Shown one piece after another: positions 39,073 to 51,073 of a stretch of 64,000 nt of DNA. The stretch lies in the NCBI GenBank assembly GCA_049317445.1, contig JBMOIG010000002.1:2635-66634 (forward strand), given 5' to 3'. A program made the position numbers and the translations under genes. The notes below the pieces were generated by a model, which saw only the letters and a list, made by a program, of their open reading frames with translations, was not told where the DNA came from and made no database searches. Positions within the stretch are counted from its first letter, which is position 1. Each line of letters begins with the position of its first letter. The stretch comes from Myxococcota bacterium (GTDB lineage: Bacteria; Myxococcota_A; UBA9042).

Positions 39073-39113
39073 AGCGAGTGGCAACAAGTGGACACGGCAC
39101 GTGGGGGAACAGA

Positions 39114-40004
39114 ATGAAGAACGCTTGGGGCATCTTGCTGTTGTTGGTGGTCGCGCCCGGTTGCTGGGCAGAACCCCGCATGGACGGCTTTCTGTGCGCC
39201 GGCAACATCGTCGACGGTGTGTGCCAAGGCGGCTGCGCCAACCCCGCGTGGACCGGGCCGACCTGCCAGCTGTGCGTTCAGGCCAACCAGACTTGGCCCG
39301 AGTGCGGCGCGTCGGTCGGCGACCTGAGCGGGACCGATGCCACGGTGACCGACACATCAACGGCCAGCGACACCTCGACGCCGTTCGACCTTTGGGGGCA
39401 GAAGGACTCGGACACGGCCGACACGGTGACGCCGGGAACGGACGCGGTGGTCGATGTCGCACCGGATGTGCCGCCTGACGTGAAACCCGATGTCGCGCCC
39501 GATGTTGTGACGCCTGACGTGCAGCCCGACGTGCCGACGCAGGACACCGTTGTCGTCGCCGAGCCCAACGACTTGCTGCCCTGGAAGCTCAAGGACGTGC
39601 AACCGGAGAGCCCCGGCTTCAACACGACCTACGGCCCCAAGGAGCTGGCCGGCAAGCGCTTGGCCGTGATGTGCGGCGCGGGCTGGTGCGCGTCATGCGT
39701 GGCTCAGGTGGAGGTGATGGAGAAACTGAAGAAGTCGTTCGAGGCCAAGGGCAAGACCGACTTCACCATGGCAGCGATCAACGACGCCTCGGCCAACAGC
39801 CAGAAGACCGCCTTCACCAACGTCTCGACCTTTCCGATCTTCCAGGCCACCACGTCGGCGAACGGCTGGGGCGCCCAGAAGTGCGCAAAGAACGACGCTT
39901 TCGTCTATTCGGCGGAGGGCAAGCAGCTCTACTTCTTCAAGGGAAGCGCGGTCGTGAACATCACCGACTTCGAGAACAAGCTGAAGCTGTACCTGAACAA
40001 ATAG
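39114..40004 (+). CDS. Thioredoxin-fold (TlpA/redoxin-like) lipoprotein with PDV-repeat linker
   Basis: gggggaa RBS then ATG 39114. MKNAWGILLLLVVAPGC (lipobox). Linker VAPDVPPDVKPDVAPDVVTPDVQPDVPTQD. C-terminal domain with WCASC (CxxC). Confidence 0.55.
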   Translation: MKNAWGILLLLVVAPGCWAEPRMDGFLCAGNIVDGVCQGGCANPAWTGPTCQLCVQANQTWPECGASVGDLSGTDATVTDTSTASDTSTPFDLWGQKDSDTADTVTPGTDAVVDVAPDVPPDVKPDVAPDVVTPDVQPDVPTQDTVVVAEPNDLLPWKLKDVQPESPGFNTTYGPKELAGKRLAVMCGAGWCASCVAQVEVMEKLKKSFEAKGKTDFTMAAINDASANSQKTAFTNVSTFPIFQATTSANGWGAQKCAKNDAFVYSAEGKQLYFFKGSAVVNITDFENKLKLYLNK

Positions 40005-40233
40005 GCATCTCTTCCTCGACTCCTCCGCCCCGCCCGACCTCACTGCCCATCGACACGACCGCTGCTTTCGGCGTGCGGCAGGGCGGTGTTCGGAACGACC
40101 GCTGGAGCAGCACCAAGGGCAACTCGCCGTCGTATCCCAAGGGCAACGGAACGTGGAAGGTCACCGCGACCTTCGGCACCGGCGTCAGCTGGAGCACCTC
40201 GAAGGCGATGACTGAGGCTGCCGTGCTGATGTT

Positions 40234-43200
40234 CTACCGTTGACCGCGTGCCTGTGGCGACCGACGGCGCAGCGCCATGCTTGCCGCAAGGGCCAGCAGC
40301 GCCCAGACGCCTGACACGGGACCACCCGCAGCTCCACCCTGACAGCCTGCCGCCCGCCTCTCGCCCGGAACGCCAGGTGCATCGGGGACTTGCGTCACGC
40401 AGGCACCGTTCCACTCGAACCGGCCCGGCGCACACAGCAGGAACGACCGCTTGGCCATGGCCTTGTGCTTGGCTGTGTCGACCGCGGTCAAGGTGACTTC
40501 GCACGCGCCCCACGACGGCAGGTCGGGCGGCGTCACCTGAATCGCCACAGCGGCCGAGGACACCGCCAGCGGGTTGGTGACCGTCCAGTGCGAAATGCCA
40601 TCGCACTCCAGCTCCATCGACCACAGCGTCAGCCGGGTGTCGTCGTGCATGGTCGCGGCCAGATCCAGCGCCGGGCCCGCCACCAGCTTCGCCGTGAAGG
40701 AGTCGATGACCGGCCCGGTGTTGTCGACGATGGTGACGCCGTCCGAGAGGACGACCGGCGAATAGGAGGTCATGACGCCACTGACCGTGCCCGCCCGATA
40801 GGCGGCCAAGGCCACGCGGTAGGTGGTGCCCGGCTGCAGGTGCAGCCCTTTGAACTCGGTCCAAGCGGTCGCCGGGATGTTCTTCTGCGGCACAATGATC
40901 CCGCCCATGTCGTCGCGCAGCGTAATGGCGTAGCCATCGGCGCCAGGGACCGGGGCCCACTGGGCAACGATGCGTTGCGTGTCCTCCTGCTGGTCGATGT
41001 CTGCGGGGTCGCCGCCTTCGACAGGCGCCACGACCTCGCGAACCCAGGCAGGTGCGCCAAGGGCAGCTGTATCGATTGCATTCAGGAATCCGTCGCTTGT
41101 CGTCAGAAGGATCTCGACCTCACCGTCGCCGTCCACGTCAGCCGCAATGGGGTCCCCGAGCCCGCCGCCAAAGTCCAGACTCCACTGGACCGCACCGTCG
41201 GCGGCCGCCACCGCATACAGACGACCCTCAGAGGTGCGAAAAACGACCGCAGGCACACCGCCCCCGGTCAGGTCGGCCAGACCAATCAGTCCTGCGGACG
41301 AGACGATACTGGGCGCGGCTCCGGGGGCAAACGCCTGACCCTGCGCGTAGACGCGGTCCCACTGCTGTGCGCCGGTCGCTGCATCGTAGGCCACCACGCG
41401 GCTGGTCGCGTTGCTGGCCTGCACCAGCGTAAGCTTGCCCGCCACCGTCAATAGCGCGGCGGGCGAGTAATAGTAGTTCGCCCCAACCGGCGTCTGCGTG
41501 CCCCATACCAGCGTCATGTCGGCAAGCCAGGCCCCGGGCCCCTGACCAGCGCTGCCCAGCACGATGTCCAGTTGACCGTCTCCGTTGATGTCCCCAAGGA
41601 TGGGCATGCCGTAACTGCCAGTGTCGTAGGCCGGTTTGCTCTTTGCGATCAAAGCGCCGTCCGACAGCCGACAGGTGAACCGGTCCCACCACGAGGCCAC
41701 GACCACCCGCGGCGGGTTGGCCGCAAAGTCGAACGACATGTGATTGTCGGGGACGCTGGCGCACGCCGCGCCCTGAGTCCACAGCTCAGCGCCCGTCGCG
41801 CCGTCGATGACCGAATTGTTGCCCCCCTGATCCGACAGCCGCGGGGTGAACGCGATCAGGTCGGCTCGCCCGTCCCCTGTGACGTCCCGGACCATGGTCG
41901 CCTCGCCCCACGAGGTGGCTGGCTGGGGCCGTGTCCACTGCCACACCACTTTGCCCGCTGCGTTGCGGGCCCGTGCGATGCCCGAACCTACGAACGGCTG
42001 CTCGCGGATGAGAATCTCGCGCGCGCCGTCGCCGTCGAAGTCCCCGTAGAGCGGTTGCATGGATGCGGACCCTGGGACGGGGGCCTGCCAGACGAGAACC
42101 GGCGGAGTCACCGGATCGGCGGCAGCCGGGTCGAGCACGAGGACCCGGTCCACACCAGGCACCGCGATGACCGGCGTCGCATCGCTGTCGCGCCAGGACC
42201 CCACGGTCATGCGGGGGTTGGTCTCCCCCGCCACCCGCAAGTCCGCCGCGCCGTCGCCGTCGAAGTCGTTGGCCAAGGTGCCGTCGTCGCGCCACGCCGA
42301 AACCCGGCCATCCGCAGTCGCAACCAACGCCAGCGGCATCGCGTTGGTCAAGGCCATCGCCTGCAGTCTCGGCACCGTCGCAAAGGTCTCGTCGGGTCCT
42401 TGCTTCACCTTCCCGTCGGCTTGGACGAACCACCAGCGCAGGGTCTCGGTGAAGCCGTCCGCGTTGGTGTCCATGACGACCGCAAGCCTGCCCTGAGTGG
42501 CCAAGGGAACCCGATCGGCCGCCTCGGTAAACGACCCGATGCCCAGTTGTCCAACACCCAAATCGGCCACAAGCGCAAAGCCCTTGGCCCGGCTCCAGGA
42601 GACAAGACGGGTCACCACGGTTGCAGCTGTGTCTACCGTCGCGCGAGCGGTGGTGTTCAGCAGGATCGGTCCGGACTTGCCGACGCGGAAGGCGTGCCCC
42701 AACAGGGGGCCTGCATCTCCCGGCCATGCCGCACTGCCGGCCGACAGCTTGCCCAATTCGTCACCCGTCGCGAGGTCGCGGGCGTGCAGGGTCCAGCCCT
42801 TGCCGTCCCACTGGCTGAAGAGCACTTCGCCTGCCCCATCGCCGTCCAAGTCGCCCGCCGTCGATGGGGACAATCCGAAACGCTCGACGGTCGGGTCCTG
42901 GGCCAACACCTGCCACTTTCGCGCCAGGGTGCCGCCCTCGAGGCGAAACACCTGCACGCCCAGCATCATCTGGTTCGCGTTGCCCTGATAGAAGTTGCCC
43001 TGCCAGACCACCCAAGGGGTCCCGCCTTCTTGGGCGGGCACCGACACGAACGCCGTGCCGAAGGGACTCGTCTGGTCCAACTGCGGCGAGGTGGCCACCA
43101 ACTTGCCGGTCTTGCCGGAAAATGCCCCCAGCCGGCGAGTCGGTTTGCCGTCAGCACCTGGACCGAACTCCGGAATCACGATGTCCAGGGCCTTGTCGCC

Positions 43201-43887
43201 GTCGACATCCACAGCGCCAGCACCAAGACACAGCTCGAAGGCGCCGTTCGGCAGGGGATTCTCAGTCTGCACCAAGGTCTGCGCGTCCGCCGTGAACCGC
43301 CAGATCGAGATCTTGCCGGTCGGCAGTTGACTCATGATGCCGCCCGAACCGGCCGCCAGGTCTGCTCGGCCATCGCCGTCGAAGTCGCCCACTGCCGCAA
43401 AGACGACGCCGGCGGTGAATAGAGCCGCTGGTGCCGTCCACTCGACTCCGCCCGTGGTCAAGCCAATCAGCAAAGGACCATTCGTCGAGCGAACGACCAC
43501 CTCCATCGGCGGGATGCCGTCGAGCTCGGCGACTGCGACGACCGCTTGGACACCCAGCGGCTTGGTCTGCCACAGCAACGTGCCGTCGAGCTTGCGAGCA
43601 GCAAGGCGACCGCCCTCGACCAGCAGTACGTCGTCCACGCCGTCCAGATCCACGTCGGCTGTGCGGAGTCCGGAGGGAAGCAGCCCCAGAAAGGTCCGCC
43701 ACCGAATGGCCGGCGAGGCGAGGTTGGCGGGCGCCTTTGCGGTGTTGGTGCGCTGCGCGTCGTGGCGAAAGTCCATCCAGAAGCGATCAGCCGGCGACGG
43801 CAAGCCGGACGCCACACTTGCGACCAGCGACGCGCAGACCAAGGCGCACGAAAGAACGGCCAACGACAAGCGACGCGGATTCAGCAT
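40234..43887 (-). CDS. Large FG-GAP/VCBS-repeat surface protein with MYXO-CTERM-like sorting tail
   Basis: At least 7 motifs of the form [11 protein letters not shown] / [11 protein letters not shown] / [12 protein letters not shown] (FG-GAP Ca-binding loops). C-terminus ...[39 protein letters not shown]. Signal peptide from ATG 43887 (acgagg RBS). Confidence 0.75.
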   Translation of the reverse strand: MLNPRRLSLAVLSCALVCASLVASVASGLPSPADRFWMDFRHDAQRTNTAKAPANLASPAIRWRTFLGLLPSGLRTADVDLDGVDDVLLVEGGRLAARKLDGTLLWQTKPLGVQAVVAVAELDGIPPMEVVVRSTNGPLLIGLTTGGVEWTAPAALFTAGVVFAAVGDFDGDGRADLAAGSGGIMSQLPTGKISIWRFTADAQTLVQTENPLPNGAFELCLGAGAVDVDGDKALDIVIPEFGPGADGKPTRRLGAFSGKTGKLVATSPQLDQTSPFGTAFVSVPAQEGGTPWVVWQGNFYQGNANQMMLGVQVFRLEGGTLARKWQVLAQDPTVERFGLSPSTAGDLDGDGAGEVLFSQWDGKGWTLHARDLATGDELGKLSAGSAAWPGDAGPLLGHAFRVGKSGPILLNTTARATVDTAATVVTRLVSWSRAKGFALVADLGVGQLGIGSFTEAADRVPLATQGRLAVVMDTNADGFTETLRWWFVQADGKVKQGPDETFATVPRLQAMALTNAMPLALVATADGRVSAWRDDGTLANDFDGDGAADLRVAGETNPRMTVGSWRDSDATPVIAVPGVDRVLVLDPAAADPVTPPVLVWQAPVPGSASMQPLYGDFDGDGAREILIREQPFVGSGIARARNAAGKVVWQWTRPQPATSWGEATMVRDVTGDGRADLIAFTPRLSDQGGNNSVIDGATGAELWTQGAACASVPDNHMSFDFAANPPRVVVASWWDRFTCRLSDGALIAKSKPAYDTGSYGMPILGDINGDGQLDIVLGSAGQGPGAWLADMTLVWGTQTPVGANYYYSPAALLTVAGKLTLVQASNATSRVVAYDAATGAQQWDRVYAQGQAFAPGAAPSIVSSAGLIGLADLTGGGVPAVVFRTSEGRLYAVAAADGAVQWSLDFGGGLGDPIAADVDGDGEVEILLTTSDGFLNAIDTAALGAPAWVREVVAPVEGGDPADIDQQEDTQRIVAQWAPVPGADGYAITLRDDMGGIIVPQKNIPATAWTEFKGLHLQPGTTYRVALAAYRAGTVSGVMTSYSPVVLSDGVTIVDNTGPVIDSFTAKLVAGPALDLAATMHDDTRLTLWSMELECDGISHWTVTNPLAVSSAAVAIQVTPPDLPSWGACEVTLTAVDTAKHKAMAKRSFLLCAPGRFEWNGACVTQVPDAPGVPGERRAAGCQGGAAGGPVSGVWALLALAASMALRRRSPQARGQR

Positions 43888-44022
43888 GACGCCTCGTAGC
43901 AATGGGCGCTCGCCCCCGATGATGGTCAAGCTACCCAGAGTCCGGCCCAACCGCAACGCCCAAGACGGAGGTCAGGCAAGCAACTGTGGCGCTGCGAAGC
44001 TTTGGGGCAGGCTCGCCGAAGG

Positions 44023-44728
<706 letters not shown>

Positions 44729-44736
<8 letters not shown>

Positions 44737-45946
44737 AGCGAATCACCTGGGCTGGGTCGAGCTGCGCTGCTCTGCGGGCCGGAGCGACGGCGGCGACAAG
44801 GCCCACGACGGTCGCGATGACCGAGGCCAGCACAAAGCGAGTGGCGTTCAAGTCGACGGGGAAAATCGGCCGGCCCTCCACGTCGGTGGCCATCGTCTGG
44901 AAGAAGAGGGACAGCCCAGCACCGATCAGGCACCCGAGGAGCGACCCGACCAGTCCGGCCAGTGCCCCCTGCATCAGAAAGATGCGCATGATTCGGCCGG
45001 TGGACGTACCCACCGCGCGCAAGATGCCGATCTCACGTGACTTCTGCACGACGGCCACCACCAGCACGCTGGCAATGCCAAGCGCGACAGCCAGCACGAC
45101 GAAGAACTGGATCATCCAGCTTGAGCTGGACTGCGAGCTGAGGCCGACCAGCAGCTGCGCGTTGATACGGGTCCAAGGGTCGGCCTGCATGCCCGTGCGG
45201 TCAGCGATCTGGTCGGCGATGGTGGGGGCCGCGAAGATGTCGTCGACCTTGACCTCAATGCGCGAAACACCGCCTGGTAAATCGAGCATGCTTTGCGCCG
45301 CCCGCAGCGACAGCACGACCCAGCGCGAGTTGACTTCCTTGTTGCCCATGTCGAAGACACCCGCGATCGAGAAGACCTCGTCGCGACCGTCGTCGGTGGC
45401 CAGACGAATCTTGTCGCCCACGACCACACCGAGGTCCTGGGCCATCTCGATGCCGATGCAGACGTTGGTGCCCGCGACATCGAAGCGGCCCGCTTTCATC
45501 TTGGCCGACAGCGGAATCACCCGGTCGAAGCGTTCGGGCACCACCCCCCGCAACAGGGCCGGCAAGCGCGCCGTGCCGCGCCGGACGAAGGCGGGACCCG
45601 ACACGTTTTGGGCCGCTGCAATCACACCCGGCACCTGATCGACCAGTGCAAGCGTCTGCTGCCATTGGGGAATCGAGCGCAGCCGCTGGGGCGCCTTCTC
45701 AATCGCAGCGCTGACGGCGCGGGTCGTCGGGGGGGCCAGCTGCCGGACCTTTTCTTCCGGAGGCTCGATCACGACGTGGGCCTGCGAACCCAGGGTCTGC
45801 TCGATCAGGCTGACCTGCAGGCCGTCGATCAATGCGCCCAAGAACACGATGACGCCGACACCCACGGCAACGCCGGCGAACACGAGCACGGTCTGCAACC
45901 GCCCCTCGCGCAAGAACCGCAGGGCTACGAACCACTCGAAAGCCAT
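44729..45946 (-). CDS. ABC transporter permease, FtsX/MacB/LolCE family (DevC-like)
   Basis: [12 protein letters not shown]... N-terminal TM, large periplasmic loop, three C-terminal TM helices (FtsX-like). Overlaps the ATPase gene by 8 nt. Confidence 0.8.
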
Positions 45947-45947
45947 G

Positions 45948-47162
45948 TCAGTCCTGCCCTTTGGCGCGCACGCGCGTCCCAGGCTGCATGCGCTTGGCTC
46001 CCGGCACCAGCAGCAGTTCGCCCTCGCGCAGCCCCGAACGGATCTCGACCACGCCCTCACCCCGCGGCCCCAGCACCAGCTTGCGCTTCACGGCCATGCC
46101 GTCGGCGACGACCAGCACCCACGGCTCTGCTGAGCTTGCATCGCGCAACATCTCGACCGGGACCACCAGCACTCCGGAACGACGCCCTACCTCGACATCC
46201 ACCGAAAGCGTCATGTCCGCCCGCAGTTCCGGGTCAGGACGGTCGATCTTCAGCTTGACTTCGATGGTGCCACGCAAGGGGTCGACCGACGGGGCGATCG
46301 ACACGACCTGAACCGGCATCCGACGGTCAGGGAAGGCGTCGGCCGATGCCAGACCCTGTTGACCGACCTTGAGCACGCCCAGCTGCCGCTCCTCAGGTTG
46401 GGTGAGGATCAGCCGCTCACCGTCCGCGGCCAGCACCATCAAGGCGCGACCGGGCTGGACGACGTCTCCCTGCTCGACGGCGCGCGACAGCACCGTGCCT
46501 GCGGCAGGGGCGAGGATTTGCGTCTCGGCCAGGCGGGCCTCCGCAGCGGCCAGCAGCGCGCGGCTCTGGTCGACAGCGGCCAGGGTCAGGCGCAAGTCGG
46601 GTGCGTCCTCACCGACCCCTTGAACCTGCAACTCCGCTGTGCGCTTGCGGCCTTGCGCCAGCTCGACGGCGTCAGCAGCGGCGTCCAGATCCGTCTTGGC
46701 ACCGGCCTGAGCCTCGAAGAGCCGCTGCACACGGTCGAGCCGACGGCGGGCCTGCGCGAGATCCAGCGATGCCTGACGGGCGCCCTCGTTGGCCAGCGAG
46801 CGTGACGTCTTGCGGATCTGCTCCGCGCGCGCCTCTGCCTGAGCGACGGCTGCCTTGCGCTCGTCGACCTGGGCCTTCGCCTCGGTGTCGGACAACGCGA
46901 TGAGGAGCTGCCCCTTCTGGACGCGCGCGCCTTCGCGGACGGCCACCTCGGTGACTCGACCGACGACCACCGCGCCCACCGAAACGCGGGCCTCGGGCAA
47001 CAGTCGGCCACTGGTGACGACGCGCTGCTCCAAGTCGCGGCGCTGCACCGGGACGACCTGAACGACGGGCCCTCGGGCCATGCCCCAAACCATCCAGCCG
47101 ATGCCGGCAAGCACAGCCAGGATCGCGGTCCAACGCAGAATTCGTCGCACGGGGACAGGCAT
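45948..47162 (-). CDS. HlyD/MFP-family periplasmic adaptor subunit (DevB/MacA-like)
   Basis: N-terminal TM anchor, coiled-coil rich central region, lipoyl/beta-barrel segments. Stop 1 nt before the permease start. Confidence 0.8.
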   Translation of the reverse strand: MPVPVRRILRWTAILAVLAGIGWMVWGMARGPVVQVVPVQRRDLEQRVVTSGRLLPEARVSVGAVVVGRVTEVAVREGARVQKGQLLIALSDTEAKAQVDERKAAVAQAEARAEQIRKTSRSLANEGARQASLDLAQARRRLDRVQRLFEAQAGAKTDLDAAADAVELAQGRKRTAELQVQGVGEDAPDLRLTLAAVDQSRALLAAAEARLAETQILAPAAGTVLSRAVEQGDVVQPGRALMVLAADGERLILTQPEERQLGVLKVGQQGLASADAFPDRRMPVQVVSIAPSVDPLRGTIEVKLKIDRPDPELRADMTLSVDVEVGRRSGVLVVPVEMLRDASSAEPWVLVVADGMAVKRKLVLGPRGEGVVEIRSGLREGELLLVPGAKRMQPGTRVRAKGQD

Positions 47163-47305
47163 CGAAGGCCTCTGCTCAAGAGGAGGGAGCTAGCCTGCGA
47201 AACGTGGCAGCCAGCCGACTCGACGTATGATGCGGGGCGGTAGGGCCCAGCGCAACGGCAGCGCCTGTTCGGAGAAACTCGGCAACAATTCGGACACGAA
47301 CAGAA

Positions 47306-48424
47306 TCAACGCAACATCGCCAGCAGCGCGCCTGCCGCGATGGCCGTGCCAATCACGCCCGCGACGTTGGGTCCCATGGCGTGCATCAGCAGGTAGTTCT
47401 GCGGGTCCTCTTCCTGCGCCACCCGATGCGCGACGCGGGCGGCCATCGGTACGGCCGAGACGCCCGCAGCGCCAATCAGCGGATTGACTGGACTGCCGGG
47501 CAAACGCGACATCACCTTGCCCATCAGCACGCCGCCCGCCGTCGAGAATGCGAACGCCGCGCAACCCAGGGCCAGAATCTTCAGGGTGGAGGCGGTGAGG
47601 AACGACTCTCCCTCCATCGACACGCCCACGCACAGTCCCAGAATGGTGGTGACGAGGTTGATCAGCTCGTTCTGTGCCGACTTGCTCAGCCGCTCTGTCA
47701 CGCCGCACTCGCGCAGCAAGTTGCCGAACATCAGCAGGCCGATCAGGCTGGTAGCCGCGGGCACAAGCAAGGCACCCACGATGGTCACTGCGATGGGAAA
47801 CACGACCCGCAGCCACTTGGGCGCGTCGGTCGACTGCTCCATCCGGATGGCCCGCTCCTTCTTCGTCGTCAGCAACCGCATGATCGGCGGCTGGATCAGG
47901 GGAACCAGCGCCATGTACGAATAGGCCGACACCGCAATCGCGCCCAACAGGTGGGGGGCGAGCTTCATCGTCAGGTAGATCGACGTCGGACCGTCGGCGC
48001 CGCCGATGATGCCGATGGCCGCCGACTCCTGCGGCGTGAAGCCCAACCAGCCCGCGCCGATGAACGTGACGAACACGCCCAACTGCGCAGCAGCGCCCAA
48101 GAACAGCGTCTTCGGGTTGGCGAGCAGCGGACCGAAGTCCGTCAGTGCCCCGAGGCCCAGGAAGATCAGCGGCGGGAAGATCTCCAGTCGGACGCCGCTG
48201 AAGAGGTAGAAGAACAGACCGCCCGCCTCCTCACCGTGGGGCGCGGTCATCAGCCCGGCGAGCGGCAGGTTGGCCATCAGGCAGCCAAAACCGATCGGCA
48301 CGAGCAGCAGCGGCTCAAAATCCTTCTTGATCGCCAGCCACATCAGCAACAGGGCGACGCAGATCATCGCGACCTCACGCACGGTCAGGTGCGCGATCCC
48401 GGTGGTCAGCCAAAGCGCTTCCAT
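47306..48424 (-). CDS. Na+-translocating decarboxylase beta subunit (OadB/MmdB/GcdB family)
   Basis: Polytopic membrane protein; MEALWLTTGIAHL...LLLVPIGFGCLMANLP...GAAAQLGVFV... matches sodium-pump decarboxylase beta chains. Confidence 0.85.
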   Translation of the reverse strand: MEALWLTTGIAHLTVREVAMICVALLLMWLAIKKDFEPLLLVPIGFGCLMANLPLAGLMTAPHGEEAGGLFFYLFSGVRLEIFPPLIFLGLGALTDFGPLLANPKTLFLGAAAQLGVFVTFIGAGWLGFTPQESAAIGIIGGADGPTSIYLTMKLAPHLLGAIAVSAYSYMALVPLIQPPIMRLLTTKKERAIRMEQSTDAPKWLRVVFPIAVTIVGALLVPAATSLIGLLMFGNLLRECGVTERLSKSAQNELINLVTTILGLCVGVSMEGESFLTASTLKILALGCAAFAFSTAGGVLMGKVMSRLPGSPVNPLIGAAGVSAVPMAARVAHRVAQEEDPQNYLLMHAMGPNVAGVIGTAIAAGALLAMLR

Positions 48425-48446
48425 GCAGAGACCTCTTGCGTCCGCG

Positions 48447-48851
48447 TCAGGCGACGGGGTGGAAGCGGACGAGCAAGCCACCGACCTGCACCGGTTCTCC
48501 GGGCGAGACGCAGACTTCCGCGATGCTGCCGGCGCGAGGCGCGTAGATGTAGGTGTCCATCTTCATGGCATCGAGCATGACGACGGGTGCGTTGAGCTCG
48601 ACACGCGACTCCGCGTGGACGAACACCTTCTGGACGATGCCCGACATGGGAGAGCGCACGACGTCAGGGTCGGGACCGCCCGCCGACGGGGTACCGCTGG
48701 GTGCCGGCACGGCAGCGTACACCGGGCTCGCCACCTGCCGCGGCAAGCTCGCCGGAAGCGGCGTGGGACTGACGCGACCTTCGTCGTCCTCCAGCACCTC
48801 AACCGTAACCTCATAGACCTTTTCGCCAATGGTGACGCGAAGCTTCTTCAT
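48447..48851 (-). CDS. Biotin carboxyl carrier subunit (biotinyl domain)
   Basis: LDAMKMDT biotinylation motif (AMKM) with flanking hammerhead sequence. Pro/Ala-rich linker. Confidence 0.8.
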   Translation of the reverse strand: MKKLRVTIGEKVYEVTVEVLEDDEGRVSPTPLPASLPRQVASPVYAAVPAPSGTPSAGGPDPDVVRSPMSGIVQKVFVHAESRVELNAPVVMLDAMKMDTYIYAPRAGSIAEVCVSPGEPVQVGGLLVRFHPVA

Positions 48852-49195
48852 TTGCGGGGGGGCTCCACTCGGTGCGAGTACATCAAGTCCACTCGCCCGG
48901 CGCGCGACCAGGCCTGTGCCGAGCGGTCGCCGCTGTGCGGGTGGACGCGGTGAATGCGGACGTTCCGGCCCAGAACGCTGGACACGGCCGCCATGACGAC
49001 AGCCAACTCTTCGGCGGGAATGCCGTGGTCGGTGGGGGGCAAGTCCGCAACTGCAGCGATGGCGTCACGGCGGCGGGCCTCAGACCGGGCACGGATGCGG
49101 ACAACGAACTGCAGCGCCTGAATCGCAAGCGCCAGAATCGACAGGCCCATGAACACGATCACGAAGGCGGTCAGCGCAGTGCGCAGGTTCTCCAT
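48848..49195 (-). CDS. Sodium-pump decarboxylase small membrane subunit (OadG/MmdD-like)
   Basis: 115 aa; single N-terminal TM helix MENLRTALTAFVIVFMGLSILALAIQ. Position between the alpha and biotin subunits. 4-nt overlap with the downstream gene. Confidence 0.55.
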   Translation of the reverse strand: MENLRTALTAFVIVFMGLSILALAIQALQFVVRIRARSEARRRDAIAAVADLPPTDHGIPAEELAVVMAAVSSVLGRNVRIHRVHPHSGDRSAQAWSRAGRVDLMYSHRVEPPRK

Positions 49196-49204
49196 GGCCC
49201 CACC

Positions 49205-50746
<1,542 letters not shown>

Positions 50747-51073
50747 GAAGGTCGGCCTTGTCCGGCGGCTATGCTTTTCGCAGAGGGCCGCCGCCGTCGG
50801 GGGGTTCGGTTTGGGGCCAAACACGGATGTCACATACCACGCGACCGATCGCCGGCCGGTCAGGACGAGACGTCGGGACCGGGTCTTGCAGCGTTCCTGC
50901 AGGGCGGGCGAGCGCGGGCTCCACCTGAGCGGAGTCGCCGCCTTTACAGCACCGACCGCGGCCAACGTCAAACCTTTCGCGTGTACGCCCCGTTCGACCT
51001 CTGCAGGCCTTCAGAATCAGGCAGACCCGACCGGCACCTCGATGGTGCGCTACGGATCGGGTGAGCCCTCTGA

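Noticed and set aside
37198-39462. 754-aa minus-strand ORF (Arg/Pro/Gly-rich)
   Set aside because: It lies antisense to three well-supported plus-strand genes (M20 amidohydrolase 3' end, 37819-39072, 39114-40004). Its composition (RPPRP…, no motifs) is typical of spurious antisense ORFs in ~70% GC DNA.
39470-39560. Short tandem nucleotide repeats (cctgacgtg / cccgatgt…)
   Set aside because: They encode the PDV peptide linker of the thioredoxin-fold lipoprotein. No spacer-repeat structure indicative of CRISPR.
41572-43422. 616-aa plus-strand ORF and 40040-40960 minus-frame ORF
   Set aside because: Both overlap the FG-GAP/MYXO-CTERM gene in wrong strand or frame. The FG-GAP frame has repeated, interpretable motifs.
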